Positions 21,176 to 31,136 of a DNA stretch of 64,000 bases are shown one piece after another. The notes beneath the pieces are model-generated. The model was not told the origin of the DNA, searched no databases, and saw only the letters and a list, made by a program, of their open reading frames with translations. The stretch is from Spirochaetia bacterium. Its GTDB lineage: Bacteria; Spirochaetota; Spirochaetia; DSM-2461. The stretch covers positions 2,240,001-2,304,000 of the forward strand of contig CAXXIA010000002.1 of the NCBI GenBank assembly GCA_963666985.2, read 5' to 3'. Within the stretch, counting starts at the first letter, position 1; each line of letters starts with the position of its first letter. The position numbers were made by a program, and so were the translations under genes.

Positions 21176-21420
21176 GCAAACCTCCGGGGCTGAGGGATTA
21201 TAGTCTTAACGCATCGTAACACCGATTAACCGGCCGTCACAGCCTTATCTCGGCCCTGTTTATGGATTTGACTTCTTATTTTGTTATGTTAGGAAATTGT
21301 TAAATTTTATCTTTTTTGTAGATTGACTATCAACATTATATTTTTCGCACTTTTTTTCTTGCGCCGCCATCGAAAGCGCCATAGCGTTTGAGTGAAATCG
21401 ATAACCGCCAGGAGGCCACA

Positions 21421-22413
21421 ATGATTAGAGCCAATTATGAATCGGATGCCGGCAAACGCAAGTTTGTTCCCCACGAACAATTGGGGACCATTCCGCACAT
21501 GCCTTTCGAAGAGTATTCCGAGAAACTGAAGCACTGCTTAATGATGAAAAGAGAAAATGGAATCCTCGAAGCACGGCTTCATACCGACGGCGACTCCATG
21601 CGATGGGGCGCTCCCGCGCATCAGGGACTTCATTACTTCTTCGACTGGGCCGGCAGAGACCCGGAAAATGAAATCATTATTCTCGGAGGCACGGGAAAGG
21701 ATTTCATCAAATCCATGGGCAGACCCAAGGATGAAGACGCCGAACCCGAAGCAGAAGAGTTCAGTTCCAAGGAAAACGAAGCCTGGAAGATGTACGAATA
21801 TCAGTATTACGACGGTATCAACGATATCGAAGGTCAGATTTTCGACATTGAGGTTCCCACCATCGGTGTCTGGAACGGTGCGGCGTTCCACACGGATCTT
21901 GTTCTCTACAACGATATTACCCTTTGTACCGAAGATGCCTGGACCACCGAAATGCATTTCAGGGTGAACATGGTTCCCGGCGACGGAATCCAGCTTGCAT
22001 GGAGAGAATTGATGGGCATGAAGAGATTCTCTTATGCGGAACTCACCGGCGAGATTATCACCGCCCGCAAAGCCCTGGAGCTGGGCATGGTGAACGAAAT
22101 CTGCACCGATACCGAAGCCGCCTATAAAAGAGCCTGGGAAATCGCCGAATTGATTATGCGAACCGGTTCCCGGGTTACCCGCCGCATAACAACTCAGCAG
22201 CTTCGGGCAAAATGGAAAAGCATTATTGCGAATGAAGCACGGAACGCCTTCTCCACCGAGATGTTCGTTACCGCAACCGAGCATTCTCCGCATGACAATT
22301 ATTTCTGGGACTGGGCTCACGAAGAGGCGGAACTGGTGAAGAAAGCCGAGAAGATGGGCAAAGTGGTTCGTCCGCGCGTGAACGGCGGTCAGATGGAAGA
22401 CGAAATCAAGTAA
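21421..22413 (+). CDS. Crotonase-superfamily beta-diketone hydrolase (6-oxocamphor hydrolase-like), copy 1
   Basis: PFEEYSEK, HTDG..W...AH, HF...VPGDG, RAWEIA segments match my recollection of 6-oxocamphor hydrolase; GGAGG RBS. Confidence 0.75.
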   Translation: MIRANYESDAGKRKFVPHEQLGTIPHMPFEEYSEKLKHCLMMKRENGILEARLHTDGDSMRWGAPAHQGLHYFFDWAGRDPENEIIILGGTGKDFIKSMGRPKDEDAEPEAEEFSSKENEAWKMYEYQYYDGINDIEGQIFDIEVPTIGVWNGAAFHTDLVLYNDITLCTEDAWTTEMHFRVNMVPGDGIQLAWRELMGMKRFSYAELTGEIITARKALELGMVNEICTDTEAAYKRAWEIAELIMRTGSRVTRRITTQQLRAKWKSIIANEARNAFSTEMFVTATEHSPHDNYFWDWAHEEAELVKKAEKMGKVVRPRVNGGQMEDEIK

Positions 22414-22435
22414 TTTCAGCCCTAATTTCTTAAGC

Positions 22436-22461
22436 AAAGCCCGGGCTTCTCCGGGCTTTTT
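22436..22461. terminator. Probable bidirectional intrinsic terminator
   Basis: AAAGCCCGG-gcttct-CCGGGCTTTTT between convergent genes. Confidence 0.75.
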
Positions 22462-22463
22462 AA

Positions 22464-24011
22464 TTAACGGTGAAACTTCGGCTGTGAAGATGACATTCTG
22501 GAGACCGCATCGACGATAACCGGTCTGATGCGCCGAACCGCTCCGTCCATCTCTTCATCATCGAGCGCCGTTATTCCAAAGAGCAGTCCTCCATATTTGG
22601 GTTTTACCAAGGCATAAGAGGAGAGGGCGGGCACTTCGTATCCGCGTGTTCGCAGGGCCAGCGATACGATGTTGTCGTCGACTCCTTCGGGCAGCCGGAC
22701 GACGATGTGCAGACCGGCGCCGCAGTCGTTAATACCGATGATATTGCCGAGGTGACCTCGAAGCGCCTTGAGCAGCGCTTCTCTTTTATTCGTGTATATC
22801 TTGCGCATTCGGCGGATATGGCGGGTGAAGTGTCCTTCGCGAATATAATCGTTCAGAACGATTTGTTCGAATGAAGGAGACCCCCTGTCGGCATGAGCTC
22901 TGAGGGCGTGTATGGGTTCCACCAGATTCATGGGAACCACCATGTATCCGAGGCGCAAACCCGGAAAAAGAACCTTGCTGAACGTACCCACGTAAATAAC
23001 GCGTTCCGCCCTGTCTATGCCCTGAAGGGACATCACCGGATCGCCGCTGTAGCGGAACTCGCTGTCGTAGTCGTCTTCGATAATCCAGGACTTGTTTTCT
23101 TCGGCCCACCGCAGGAGCTGAAGGCGGCGATTGAAATCCATGGTAACACCCATCGGGTACTGGTTGGACGGCGAAATGTATGCGGCCCGGCTTGACGGAT
23201 CGGCTTTCAGGGCCGCTTCGACATTAAAGCCTTCTTCATCCACGGGAACGGGAACCAGGCGGGCGGGAACGTTCCGAAACGCCGCCTTGGCACCGTCGTA
23301 GCTGGGATCTTCGATCCAGACGGATTCTCCGGGATTCAGCAGGAGCTGCGAGGTGAGGTTGAGCGCCTGCTGGGCGCCGTCGGTGATGATGACCTGACGG
23401 CTGACGCAGGAAACGCCGCGGGAGGTTCTTAAATAAGATGCGAGGGCTTCGCGAAGCGGGTGGTATCCGAGGGCCGAGGGATATCCGAATTGGTTTCGGG
23501 GCATGCGTCTCCAGGCGCGGTTCATCAGCGTTCCCCAGATGGTGACGAATCGTTCGTCGATATACGGAAACGCCGGAGTGAAGGGCACCAGGCGGGACTG
23601 TTCCATGTAGGGAACGTTCTGGAGGGCTATGGCTCTGTCCGAGATTTTCGGATTTCGTTCTTTCGTTCCCGGACTTCTCCCTCGAGCCGCCGCCTGAAGG
23701 CTTCCTTCGCCGTCGATTCCGTCTCTGAGCAGTTCTTCCGGAAGCGAAGAACTTACGACGGTGCCCGAGCCGATGGAACTTTCAAGGAGACCTTCGGCCA
23801 AAAGCTGGTTGTAGGCGTTCACGACGGTATTGCGGCCGATTCCCGCCTCCTCGGACAAGGCCCGGGTGGAAGGCATGCGGTCGCCGGGAAGCAGATGTCC
23901 CGTTATGATTTTATCCCGGATGGTTCTGTAGAGCTGTCTGTGGAGCGGCGCGGATGCGTTCCGATCCAAATTGATGATTCCGAGAGAGACTTGAGGCGCG
24001 ACTCTGGGCAT
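22464..24011 (-). CDS. MocR/GabR-family PLP-dependent transcriptional regulator
   Basis: GntR wHTH (LPGDRMPSTR..RNTV..AY.QL.AEG), IIEDDYDSEFRY, GTFSK, PGLRLGY. Confidence 0.95.
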   Translation of the reverse strand: MPRVAPQVSLGIINLDRNASAPLHRQLYRTIRDKIITGHLLPGDRMPSTRALSEEAGIGRNTVVNAYNQLLAEGLLESSIGSGTVVSSSLPEELLRDGIDGEGSLQAAARGRSPGTKERNPKISDRAIALQNVPYMEQSRLVPFTPAFPYIDERFVTIWGTLMNRAWRRMPRNQFGYPSALGYHPLREALASYLRTSRGVSCVSRQVIITDGAQQALNLTSQLLLNPGESVWIEDPSYDGAKAAFRNVPARLVPVPVDEEGFNVEAALKADPSSRAAYISPSNQYPMGVTMDFNRRLQLLRWAEENKSWIIEDDYDSEFRYSGDPVMSLQGIDRAERVIYVGTFSKVLFPGLRLGYMVVPMNLVEPIHALRAHADRGSPSFEQIVLNDYIREGHFTRHIRRMRKIYTNKREALLKALRGHLGNIIGINDCGAGLHIVVRLPEGVDDNIVSLALRTRGYEVPALSSYALVKPKYGGLLFGITALDDEEMDGAVRRIRPVIVDAVSRMSSSQPKFHR

Positions 24012-24057
24012 AAGTGGTTCCTTTACCAGCTTAATTTCTGAATCTTGTTTGGTCCAA
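23931..24057. repeat. 127-bp direct repeat, copy 1 (mocR 5' end plus operator region)
   Basis: 8 mismatches by hand alignment versus 36173-36299. Confidence 0.9.
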
Positions 24058-24568
24058 ATGTAAAGCCGCATATCGTTAATGTCTATTGAGTACCGGTATG
24101 ACGAAAAGATTATGTCATTCGCGGCGGCGGGAGAATGAACACAATCCGGAATTTGAACGGAATTGAAAAGATTTTCTCAGGCTGATTTCAAGGGATATCG
24201 TTTCATCGATTTCCCGCTGATCCGTTTTGTGGGAAAATTCTCAAGGAGTATCTCGGAGGCATCTCATTGGAATCTCCTTATTGAGGCTAAGTAACGGGTG
24301 CCCATTCTTCTTCTTGGAGTGATAAAACCGAACCATCCGAAATTTCGCGACCGACAAGATGAAAGCTCCGGAAAAAAGAGCCGAGGAGTATCGGATCACA
24401 CGTTTTCAACATAAGTGTCTTTTTTCGCGAAATGATTCGAAAAAAAGTCCACAAGATAGAAGAAAAGTCGCGTTGTCGTCCCCGATATTGCATTCCTAAA
24501 ATTATGGCTATGGCATGTTTCGGAATACTTTCGAACGCTTGAACATAGATTCCAGGAGGGATTAAGAC

Positions 24569-25732
24569 ATGAAGAAAATGCAAGCCGTCATGTTGTTATG
24601 CGCCGCCGTTGTGTTGTCCTTTACAGGCTGTAAAGGAAAGGATACGGCCGACGCTTCGTCGGGAACCGAGCCGCTCAAGATCGGCGTTGCGGCTCCGATT
24701 ACCGGGAACTACGCCGAGTACGGTTTGGGCTTCCAGGTTGCAACGGCTATGGCCGCCGAGAAAATTAACGCTGAGGGAGGAATCAACGGCCGGCCCATCG
24801 AGCTGGTGGTTATGGACTCCAAGGGAGACGCCAAGGAAGCGACGGCCATTGCTCGGCAATTCGCCGATGATGACGACATCATGGCCGTCGTGGGAGACTT
24901 CTCCAGTACCTGCTGCATGGCTACGGCTCCTATTTATGAAGAAGCCGAGCTCGTTCAGCTTTCACCGACCGCTTCGAACCCGGATTACGCAGGTCTTAAT
25001 AAGTACATGTTCGGCGTCATGGGAGTCCAAAGCGCCGAAGGTCCTTTTGTCGCGGAGTACCTGCTCGGCAAGTACCTCGGTTCCAAGAAAGTTGCCGTTA
25101 TTTACTTGAATAACGACTGGGGAGTCTCGGCGAGTACTTACCTGATTGAGAAGGCAAAGGAAGTCGGCATCGACATTGTCGCCGAGGAAAACCATGTTGA
25201 TGGCGAGAAGGATTTTACCGCTCTCCTCACGAAGGTACAGCAGACTAATCCGGATACTCTGTGTCTGATCACTTTCTATAACGAATGCGCCATCATTGCG
25301 AACCAGGTGGCTCAGATGGGCTGGGACGTCCAGCTCGCCGCGCTGGGACCGGGCGCTTCGGAACAGATTATCGATCTCGGAGGCGCTAATGTCGAAGGCT
25401 TCTTAACCAGTACTCCGTTCTTCGCTCCGAACGAAGGTGATTCTTTGGCCACTCAATTTAAGAAAGCCTTCGAACCCAAAGCGGGATTCACACTGAATGT
25501 CCATTCGGCCTGTGCTTACGATGCTTTGTCTATGGTTGCCGATGCGATGAAAAACTGCGACGAGATCAACAGGAACAACATTCGTGACGAATTGGCGTCC
25601 ATGAAGGGATTTGTCGGAGTAACCGGACCTATCGAGTTTCAACCGGCCGGCGACATTGTGAGGAAGTATCTCATCGTTGGTATTGAAAAAGGCGAGTGGG
25701 TTATTAAGACAAACTACGATTACTCCGACTGA
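24569..25732 (+). CDS. LIV/HAAT-family ABC transporter substrate-binding lipoprotein
   Basis: FTGC lipobox, LKIGVAAPITG, INAEGGINGRPIEL; GGAGG RBS. Confidence 0.9.
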   Translation: MKKMQAVMLLCAAVVLSFTGCKGKDTADASSGTEPLKIGVAAPITGNYAEYGLGFQVATAMAAEKINAEGGINGRPIELVVMDSKGDAKEATAIARQFADDDDIMAVVGDFSSTCCMATAPIYEEAELVQLSPTASNPDYAGLNKYMFGVMGVQSAEGPFVAEYLLGKYLGSKKVAVIYLNNDWGVSASTYLIEKAKEVGIDIVAEENHVDGEKDFTALLTKVQQTNPDTLCLITFYNECAIIANQVAQMGWDVQLAALGPGASEQIIDLGGANVEGFLTSTPFFAPNEGDSLATQFKKAFEPKAGFTLNVHSACAYDALSMVADAMKNCDEINRNNIRDELASMKGFVGVTGPIEFQPAGDIVRKYLIVGIEKGEWVIKTNYDYSD

Positions 25733-25856
25733 CTTTGATTCCGCCTGAGAATTGGAAAGGCTTTGTGATGCAATACGGCGGATCCGGGGAAAAGGAACGA
25801 AGCGAGACGCTTTCGTTCCGGGATCCGCTGAAGATCTGAGAATGTGAGGAGCAGCT

Positions 25857-26354
25857 ATGAGTGAGATTAAAAATACACCGAAGATTACAGACGATGAAAT
25901 CGTCAACAAGGTCCGGGATGCCATAGAGCATCGGGCGACGTGGATGGGATTGATGTTCGACGAAGCCAAGAAGGCAGGTGTCGACTTCGAACCCATCGGA
26001 AGGGCGGCCATCAGCCGCTGCGGTCATTTCCACGGTATTAATTTCAACAGTTTGAAATCCGCCGATACCGTACCGGCTTTCAAAGAAGCCTTTCTGAACG
26101 AACTTGGACAGAAGCTTTTCGAGATGGAAATCACCAAGTGCGATGATGAGGAACTGAAGGTGGAGTTCCATTATTGCGCTTTGGTCAACGCCTGGGTTAA
26201 ACAGGGATTCGATCCGAAGAATATCGAAGTTCTGTGTGACATGGCCATGGACGGCGACAGGGGAATCGCGGCGGAGAACAACCTCGATTTCACCCTCGGC
26301 GACACTATCGCCGCCGGCTGCCCCACCTGCAGTCTGACGTTCAAAAGGAAATAG
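25857..26354 (+). CDS. L-2-amino-thiazoline-4-carboxylate hydrolase-like small protein
   Basis: 165 aa with the Cys pattern YCAL..W, LCD..GD, CPTC typical of that family; GAGGAG RBS. Confidence 0.65.
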   Translation: MSEIKNTPKITDDEIVNKVRDAIEHRATWMGLMFDEAKKAGVDFEPIGRAAISRCGHFHGINFNSLKSADTVPAFKEAFLNELGQKLFEMEITKCDDEELKVEFHYCALVNAWVKQGFDPKNIEVLCDMAMDGDRGIAAENNLDFTLGDTIAAGCPTCSLTFKRK

Positions 26355-26578
26355 GGCTATCGGGGAATAGTGAAAGCTTCCTCCCCGAGACACGGTTTCT
26401 TCCCCTGCGGAATCCTGCGGTTCAAGGAACCGTGTCGATTCGGCCCGCAACCGGATCGAAGCCTCTTTCAATCCGGATTTTTAAATTGTATCGCAAGTTT
26501 TGAAGCGAATAATCGGAACATGGCGCCGCCGTCGTTCGTCGGCGCTTCTCGGAACATTCTGCTCATGGGAGTGTGCAA

Positions 26579-27481
26579 GTGTACATTGTTCAACAGCTGA
26601 TTAACGGTATCTGCCAAGGCTCTATATATGCGCTCATGGCGATCGGCTACGCAATGATATATGGAATCGTCGGCCTTGTAACGTTCACTTATGGTGAAAT
26701 TATCATGATGGGGTCGTTTTCCGCTTTTTACTATTTTATCGTTTTCGGCGACAACCTCGTCATTTCTTTGATTTTCGGTTTCTTCGCCGCCGGTCTGGTG
26801 GGAGTGTTCGTCCACAAGATTTGTTATCAAAGGTTCCTTAACGCTCCCAGGCATATCTCTCTGATATGCACCATCGGAATGAGTATGTTCCTGAAGAATC
26901 TTGCGATTATCGTGTTTGGGAGCACCATGAAAGGACTGCCGATTTTTTTCGAGGGCAAGACTCTTGTTCTTTTCGAGCGGACCACCGAGGGTTTTCGGCA
27001 GCAGCTTTCGCTCACATATCTTCAGCTTATGGTCATAATTACCGTCGTCGTACTTTCACTGGCCCTGTCTCTGTTTCTGAATCAGACACGGGTGGGTATG
27101 CGGCTGAGGGCGGTCAGCCAGGACCGGAAAGCCGCGGCCTTGGTGGGGGTTAACGTTAAAAACACGACGCTGCTTGGCAACAGCATCGGATGCGGACTCG
27201 GCGGTGTTGCCGGTATCCTGCTGGGACTTTATTACAACTCGGTCATTCCGACCATGGGCGGGATGGCGGGAATGAAAGCATTTTCCTCGGTGGTTATCGG
27301 GGGACTTTCGAACATCACCGGCGCGGCATTGGGCGGCGTAAGCATCGGCATTATCGAGAACCTCGGCATCGCATTCATACCCAATGGTTCCGGGTACAGG
27401 GATGTTTTTGCGTTCCTGTTCCTGATTATCGCGCTGCTGATTAAGCCGGAAGGCCTCTTCGTCAGGAAAGGAAGAATCTGA
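26579..27481 (+). CDS. livH: LIV-type ABC permease
   Basis: QQLINGICQGSIYALMAIG, RAVSQD..AA.LVGV, KAF..VVIGG. Confidence 0.9.
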   Translation: MYIVQQLINGICQGSIYALMAIGYAMIYGIVGLVTFTYGEIIMMGSFSAFYYFIVFGDNLVISLIFGFFAAGLVGVFVHKICYQRFLNAPRHISLICTIGMSMFLKNLAIIVFGSTMKGLPIFFEGKTLVLFERTTEGFRQQLSLTYLQLMVIITVVVLSLALSLFLNQTRVGMRLRAVSQDRKAAALVGVNVKNTTLLGNSIGCGLGGVAGILLGLYYNSVIPTMGGMAGMKAFSSVVIGGLSNITGAALGGVSIGIIENLGIAFIPNGSGYRDVFAFLFLIIALLIKPEGLFVRKGRI

Positions 27482-28518
27482 TGAGAGAACGGATCAAGCT
27501 TTTTTTCGCAGAGCATAAGAAAATGATCTACATCGGACTGGGAATTCTGTTCGCAGTGGCTCCTCTGATTGTCGGTCGGACCGTTAATAAATCGAACTAC
27601 GTTATCGATATCATGGTTCGGATTCTCTTCTATGTAATCTTCGCGACTTCACTGAACACCATTAATGGGTATTCGGGCCAGTTTAATATCGGTCACGCGG
27701 GATTCATGCTTATCGGGTCCTACACCGGTGCGATTCTGGCAACGAAACTGGGTATGGGCGGTGCCTGGTATTGGGCCGTTATACCTATCGCCGGGATTTT
27801 CACCGCAATCGTCGGACTCCTCGTTTCACTGCCGACTTTGAAGCTTAAAGGGATTTACCTGGCTATTGTTACGCTTGGATTCAGCGAAATCGTCAGAATC
27901 GTGGCTCTCAACTGGACTGCGGTTACCAACGGTGCTCTGGGGGTGAAGAACATTCCCAAGCTTTGGCTTTTCGGCCTGAAGAAAACCTCCTCGCCGATGG
28001 TGATGTACTATATTGCGTTTTTCTTCGTTATCCTTTGCCTTTACTGTACCTATAAAGTAATAAACTCTCGAATCGGGCGGGCATGGATGAGCATTCGCGA
28101 GGATGCGACGGCGTCGATGTCCTTAGGCGTGGAAGCCCGGAAATATAAGGCCATCAACTTCATGTACGGCGCATTCTGGGCGGGAATCGGCGGTGCCCTC
28201 ATGGCTGTTTACTATCGATTCATTTCTTCGGATATGTTCGTTACCGACGAAGGCTTCAACGTTCTGGCCATGGTTATCGTCGGCGGCCAAGGAACACTGA
28301 TAGGGCCGATTCTCGGTGCAATCATTGTCAACGCCATTACCGAGGTGTTTCGATTCGCGTCGGAATACCGTCTGGTCGTTTACGGCTTGCTGATAATTGT
28401 CATGATGTGGATTCGTCCCCAAGGACTCGCCGGTGCATCCAATTCAATCCTCGCCGGCAAAGGGATCCGGAAAAAGAAAAAGGCCTCGAAAACCGGCCGC
28501 GGGGAGGTTCTCTCGTGA
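27481..28518 (+). CDS. livM: LIV-type ABC permease
   Basis: GYSGQFNIGHAGF, YLAIVTLGF, SIRED, RPQGL. Confidence 0.9.
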   Translation: MRERIKLFFAEHKKMIYIGLGILFAVAPLIVGRTVNKSNYVIDIMVRILFYVIFATSLNTINGYSGQFNIGHAGFMLIGSYTGAILATKLGMGGAWYWAVIPIAGIFTAIVGLLVSLPTLKLKGIYLAIVTLGFSEIVRIVALNWTAVTNGALGVKNIPKLWLFGLKKTSSPMVMYYIAFFFVILCLYCTYKVINSRIGRAWMSIREDATASMSLGVEARKYKAINFMYGAFWAGIGGALMAVYYRFISSDMFVTDEGFNVLAMVIVGGQGTLIGPILGAIIVNAITEVFRFASEYRLVVYGLLIIVMMWIRPQGLAGASNSILAGKGIRKKKKASKTGRGEVLS

Positions 28519-29285
28519 GCGTGATACTTGAAACCAGGAACGTCTCCAAACACTTCGGCGGCGTCAAAGCGGTGAACCATGTCGACATGAGGATCGACGA
28601 GGGCGATATTTTCGGCATCATTGGACCGAACGGCGCAGGAAAGACGACGTTTTTCAACGTTTGCAGCGGGACCATACCGGCTACTGAAGGTGAAGTATTT
28701 CTCGGCGGCGAATGCGTTTCGGGCATGACTTCTCCCCAGATCGCCCGCCGGGGCATGGCCCGAACGTTCCAGAATATCAAGCTCTTTAATTACATGACGG
28801 TTCTCGAGAATGTGAAAATCGGTTTTCACATGCATACCAAGACGAATATTTTTGATGCCGTTTTCAACACGAAGCGTTTCAAGCGCGACGAAGAATTTTC
28901 CCGGGAAGAAGGAAAGAAGATTATAGAGCGTGTGGGACTGACTAAGTTCATGGATGTGCAGGCCGGGAACCTCGCCTACGGTGTTCAGCGGCGGGTTGAG
29001 ATAGCACGGGCTCTGGCTTTGAATCCAAGGATATTGCTTCTGGACGAACCCGCCGCGGGTATGAATCCGAAAGAAACCCGTGAATTGCTTGAGTTCGTGA
29101 AAATGCTTAATGCCGACGGTTACACCGTTGCCGTTATTGAGCACGACATGAAGTTCGTAATGAGTCTCTGCCACAAGATTCTGGTTTTGAACTTCGGCAC
29201 GAAGATCTGCGAAGGCGACGCCGAGCATGTCAAGAATGATCCCTTGGTTCATGAGGCTTACTTCGGCAAGGGAACGACTCTCTAG
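28515..29285 (+). CDS. livG: LIV-type ABC ATP-binding protein
   Basis: GPNGAGKTT, ARTFQNI, LLDEPAAG, IEHDM. Confidence 0.9.
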   Translation: MSVILETRNVSKHFGGVKAVNHVDMRIDEGDIFGIIGPNGAGKTTFFNVCSGTIPATEGEVFLGGECVSGMTSPQIARRGMARTFQNIKLFNYMTVLENVKIGFHMHTKTNIFDAVFNTKRFKRDEEFSREEGKKIIERVGLTKFMDVQAGNLAYGVQRRVEIARALALNPRILLLDEPAAGMNPKETRELLEFVKMLNADGYTVAVIEHDMKFVMSLCHKILVLNFGTKICEGDAEHVKNDPLVHEAYFGKGTTL

Positions 29286-29298
29286 AGGACAAGCAGCG

Positions 29299-30015
29299 AT
29301 GGTAATCAAGATAGATGATTTAGTTGTGAATTACGGATACATCTCGGCATTAAGGGGAATCAGCCTTGAAGTCGAGGCAGGAGAGGTCGTAACTCTGATC
29401 GGCGGTAACGGAGCCGGTAAAACGACGACGCTGATGTCCATCTCCGGCCTTGTAGCCAAAGACTCGGGAACCATTCACTATCGGGAGAAGGACATCACCG
29501 GCGTTGATTCGGACAAAATCGTGAAAATGGGAATCGCCCATGTCCCGGAAGGCCGAAATATTTTCCCCAAACTTTCGGTGGAAGAGAACCTCAAGATGGG
29601 CTGCGCTATGCAGAGGAAGATTTCCAAGGATCAGATCCACAAGAGACTGGAAGAGCAGTACGAGCTGTTCCCGCGGCTCCGGGAACGCCAAAGACAGGCC
29701 GGCGGTACACTTTCCGGCGGTGAGCAGCAGATGCTTGCCATCGGCCGGGGACTCATGTCGGATCCCGATTTGCTGATGCTGGACGAGCCGTCTCTCGGAT
29801 TGGCACCCATCATCATCGAGGAAATCTTCGAGTTGATCGCCCGAATCAAAGAAGAGACGAACAAGACGGTCTTGCTGATCGAACAGAACGCCATGCTGGC
29901 ATTGGGCGTCGCGGACCGGGGATACGTGCTGCAGAACGGAGAGATTGTTTTAACCGGAACCGGCGACGAACTGCTGCACAATAAGGACGTCCGAAAAGCG
30001 TACTTGGGCGAGTAG
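29299..30015 (+). CDS. livF: LIV-type ABC ATP-binding protein
   Basis: GGNGAGKTT, LSGGEQQMLAIGR, LDEPSLGLAP, AYLG. Confidence 0.9.
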   Translation: MVIKIDDLVVNYGYISALRGISLEVEAGEVVTLIGGNGAGKTTTLMSISGLVAKDSGTIHYREKDITGVDSDKIVKMGIAHVPEGRNIFPKLSVEENLKMGCAMQRKISKDQIHKRLEEQYELFPRLRERQRQAGGTLSGGEQQMLAIGRGLMSDPDLLMLDEPSLGLAPIIIEEIFELIARIKEETNKTVLLIEQNAMLALGVADRGYVLQNGEIVLTGTGDELLHNKDVRKAYLGE

Positions 30016-30104
30016 CGCCGGCGTCTTTCGGATTCCGGGATGTTAAGGCTCCCTGCGGGATTAACGCCCGGCGCGAATTTTTTCGGGAAAGTAGATGGGA
30101 AAGG

Positions 30105-31127
30105 ATGGTTGATATGGTAATGAAGAAGATCATGAACAGCGCCGATTCGTTCTGCGATGAGATGCTGGAGGGTATTTATCTTGCCCATGGCGATAAGGTG
30201 AAAGCCTTGGACGGTGATTTGAGGGTTTTGGTCCGGGCCGGATCCCCGCGGGCCGGAAAGGTTGGAATCGTAACCGCGGGCGGCAGCGGTCATCTTCCTG
30301 TTTTCCTGGGTTACGTGGGTGAGGGCATGCTGGATGCCTGTGCCGTCGGGAATGTCTTCGCGTCGCCGTCGGCCAGTAAGATGCAGAAGATGATAGAACA
30401 TGCGGATCAGGGTTCCGGCGTTTTGTGCCTCTATGGAAATTACGGCGGCGACAACATGAATTTCGACATGGCATGTGAGTTCGCAGACATTCAAGGCATT
30501 AAGACTGCACAGATTCGAGTCTGCGACGACGTCGCCAGCGCCCCGTTGGAGAATGCGGAGAAGCGCCGCGGCGTTGCGGGAATGATATACGCCTGGAAGA
30601 TCGCGGCGGCGGCGGCGGATAAGATGATGTCTCTGGATGAAGTTACCGCCGTTACCCGGCGGGCACTCGGGAATATCCGATCCATGGGAATCGCCTTATC
30701 TCCCTGCATTGTCCCTCAAGCCGGAAAGCCGACCTTTGAAATTGCCGCCGACGAGATGGAAATTGGGATGGGAATTCACGGCGAGGTGGGAATTGAAGTC
30801 AGCAAGATGAAAAGCGCCGATGAGATTGTAACGCTGATGATGGATAAGATCGTCGGCGACATGCCCCTCTCCGAAGGGGATAGAATCGCCGTCCTGGTCA
30901 ACGGACTCGGCGGAACACCCATGGAAGAACTGTATATCTGCTACAAGGCGATTACGGAGTATGTCGAAGACATCGGTGCCGTCATCGATTCCCGGTACGT
31001 CGGCGAATACGCGACGTCTATGGAAATGGCGGGGATGTCCATAACAGTCATGAAGCTCGATGACGAACTGAGTGAACTTTTGGATCATCCCGCGAGCACT
31101 CCGTTTTTTACCAATCTCAACATGTAG
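30105..31127 (+). CDS. dhaK: Dihydroxyacetone/tetrose kinase substrate-binding subunit (Dak1)
   Basis: GGSGHLP, GNVFASPS, NYGGD.MNF, GMGIHGE. Confidence 0.85.
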   Translation: MVDMVMKKIMNSADSFCDEMLEGIYLAHGDKVKALDGDLRVLVRAGSPRAGKVGIVTAGGSGHLPVFLGYVGEGMLDACAVGNVFASPSASKMQKMIEHADQGSGVLCLYGNYGGDNMNFDMACEFADIQGIKTAQIRVCDDVASAPLENAEKRRGVAGMIYAWKIAAAAADKMMSLDEVTAVTRRALGNIRSMGIALSPCIVPQAGKPTFEIAADEMEIGMGIHGEVGIEVSKMKSADEIVTLMMDKIVGDMPLSEGDRIAVLVNGLGGTPMEELYICYKAITEYVEDIGAVIDSRYVGEYATSMEMAGMSITVMKLDDELSELLDHPASTPFFTNLNM

Positions 31128-31136
31128 GTGCGATTC

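Noticed and set aside
24060..24568. Long intergenic region as a riboswitch or small gene; AAAAGTC repeat at 24443 and 24463
   Set aside because: No recognisable riboswitch consensus or credible ORF; repeat too short to support
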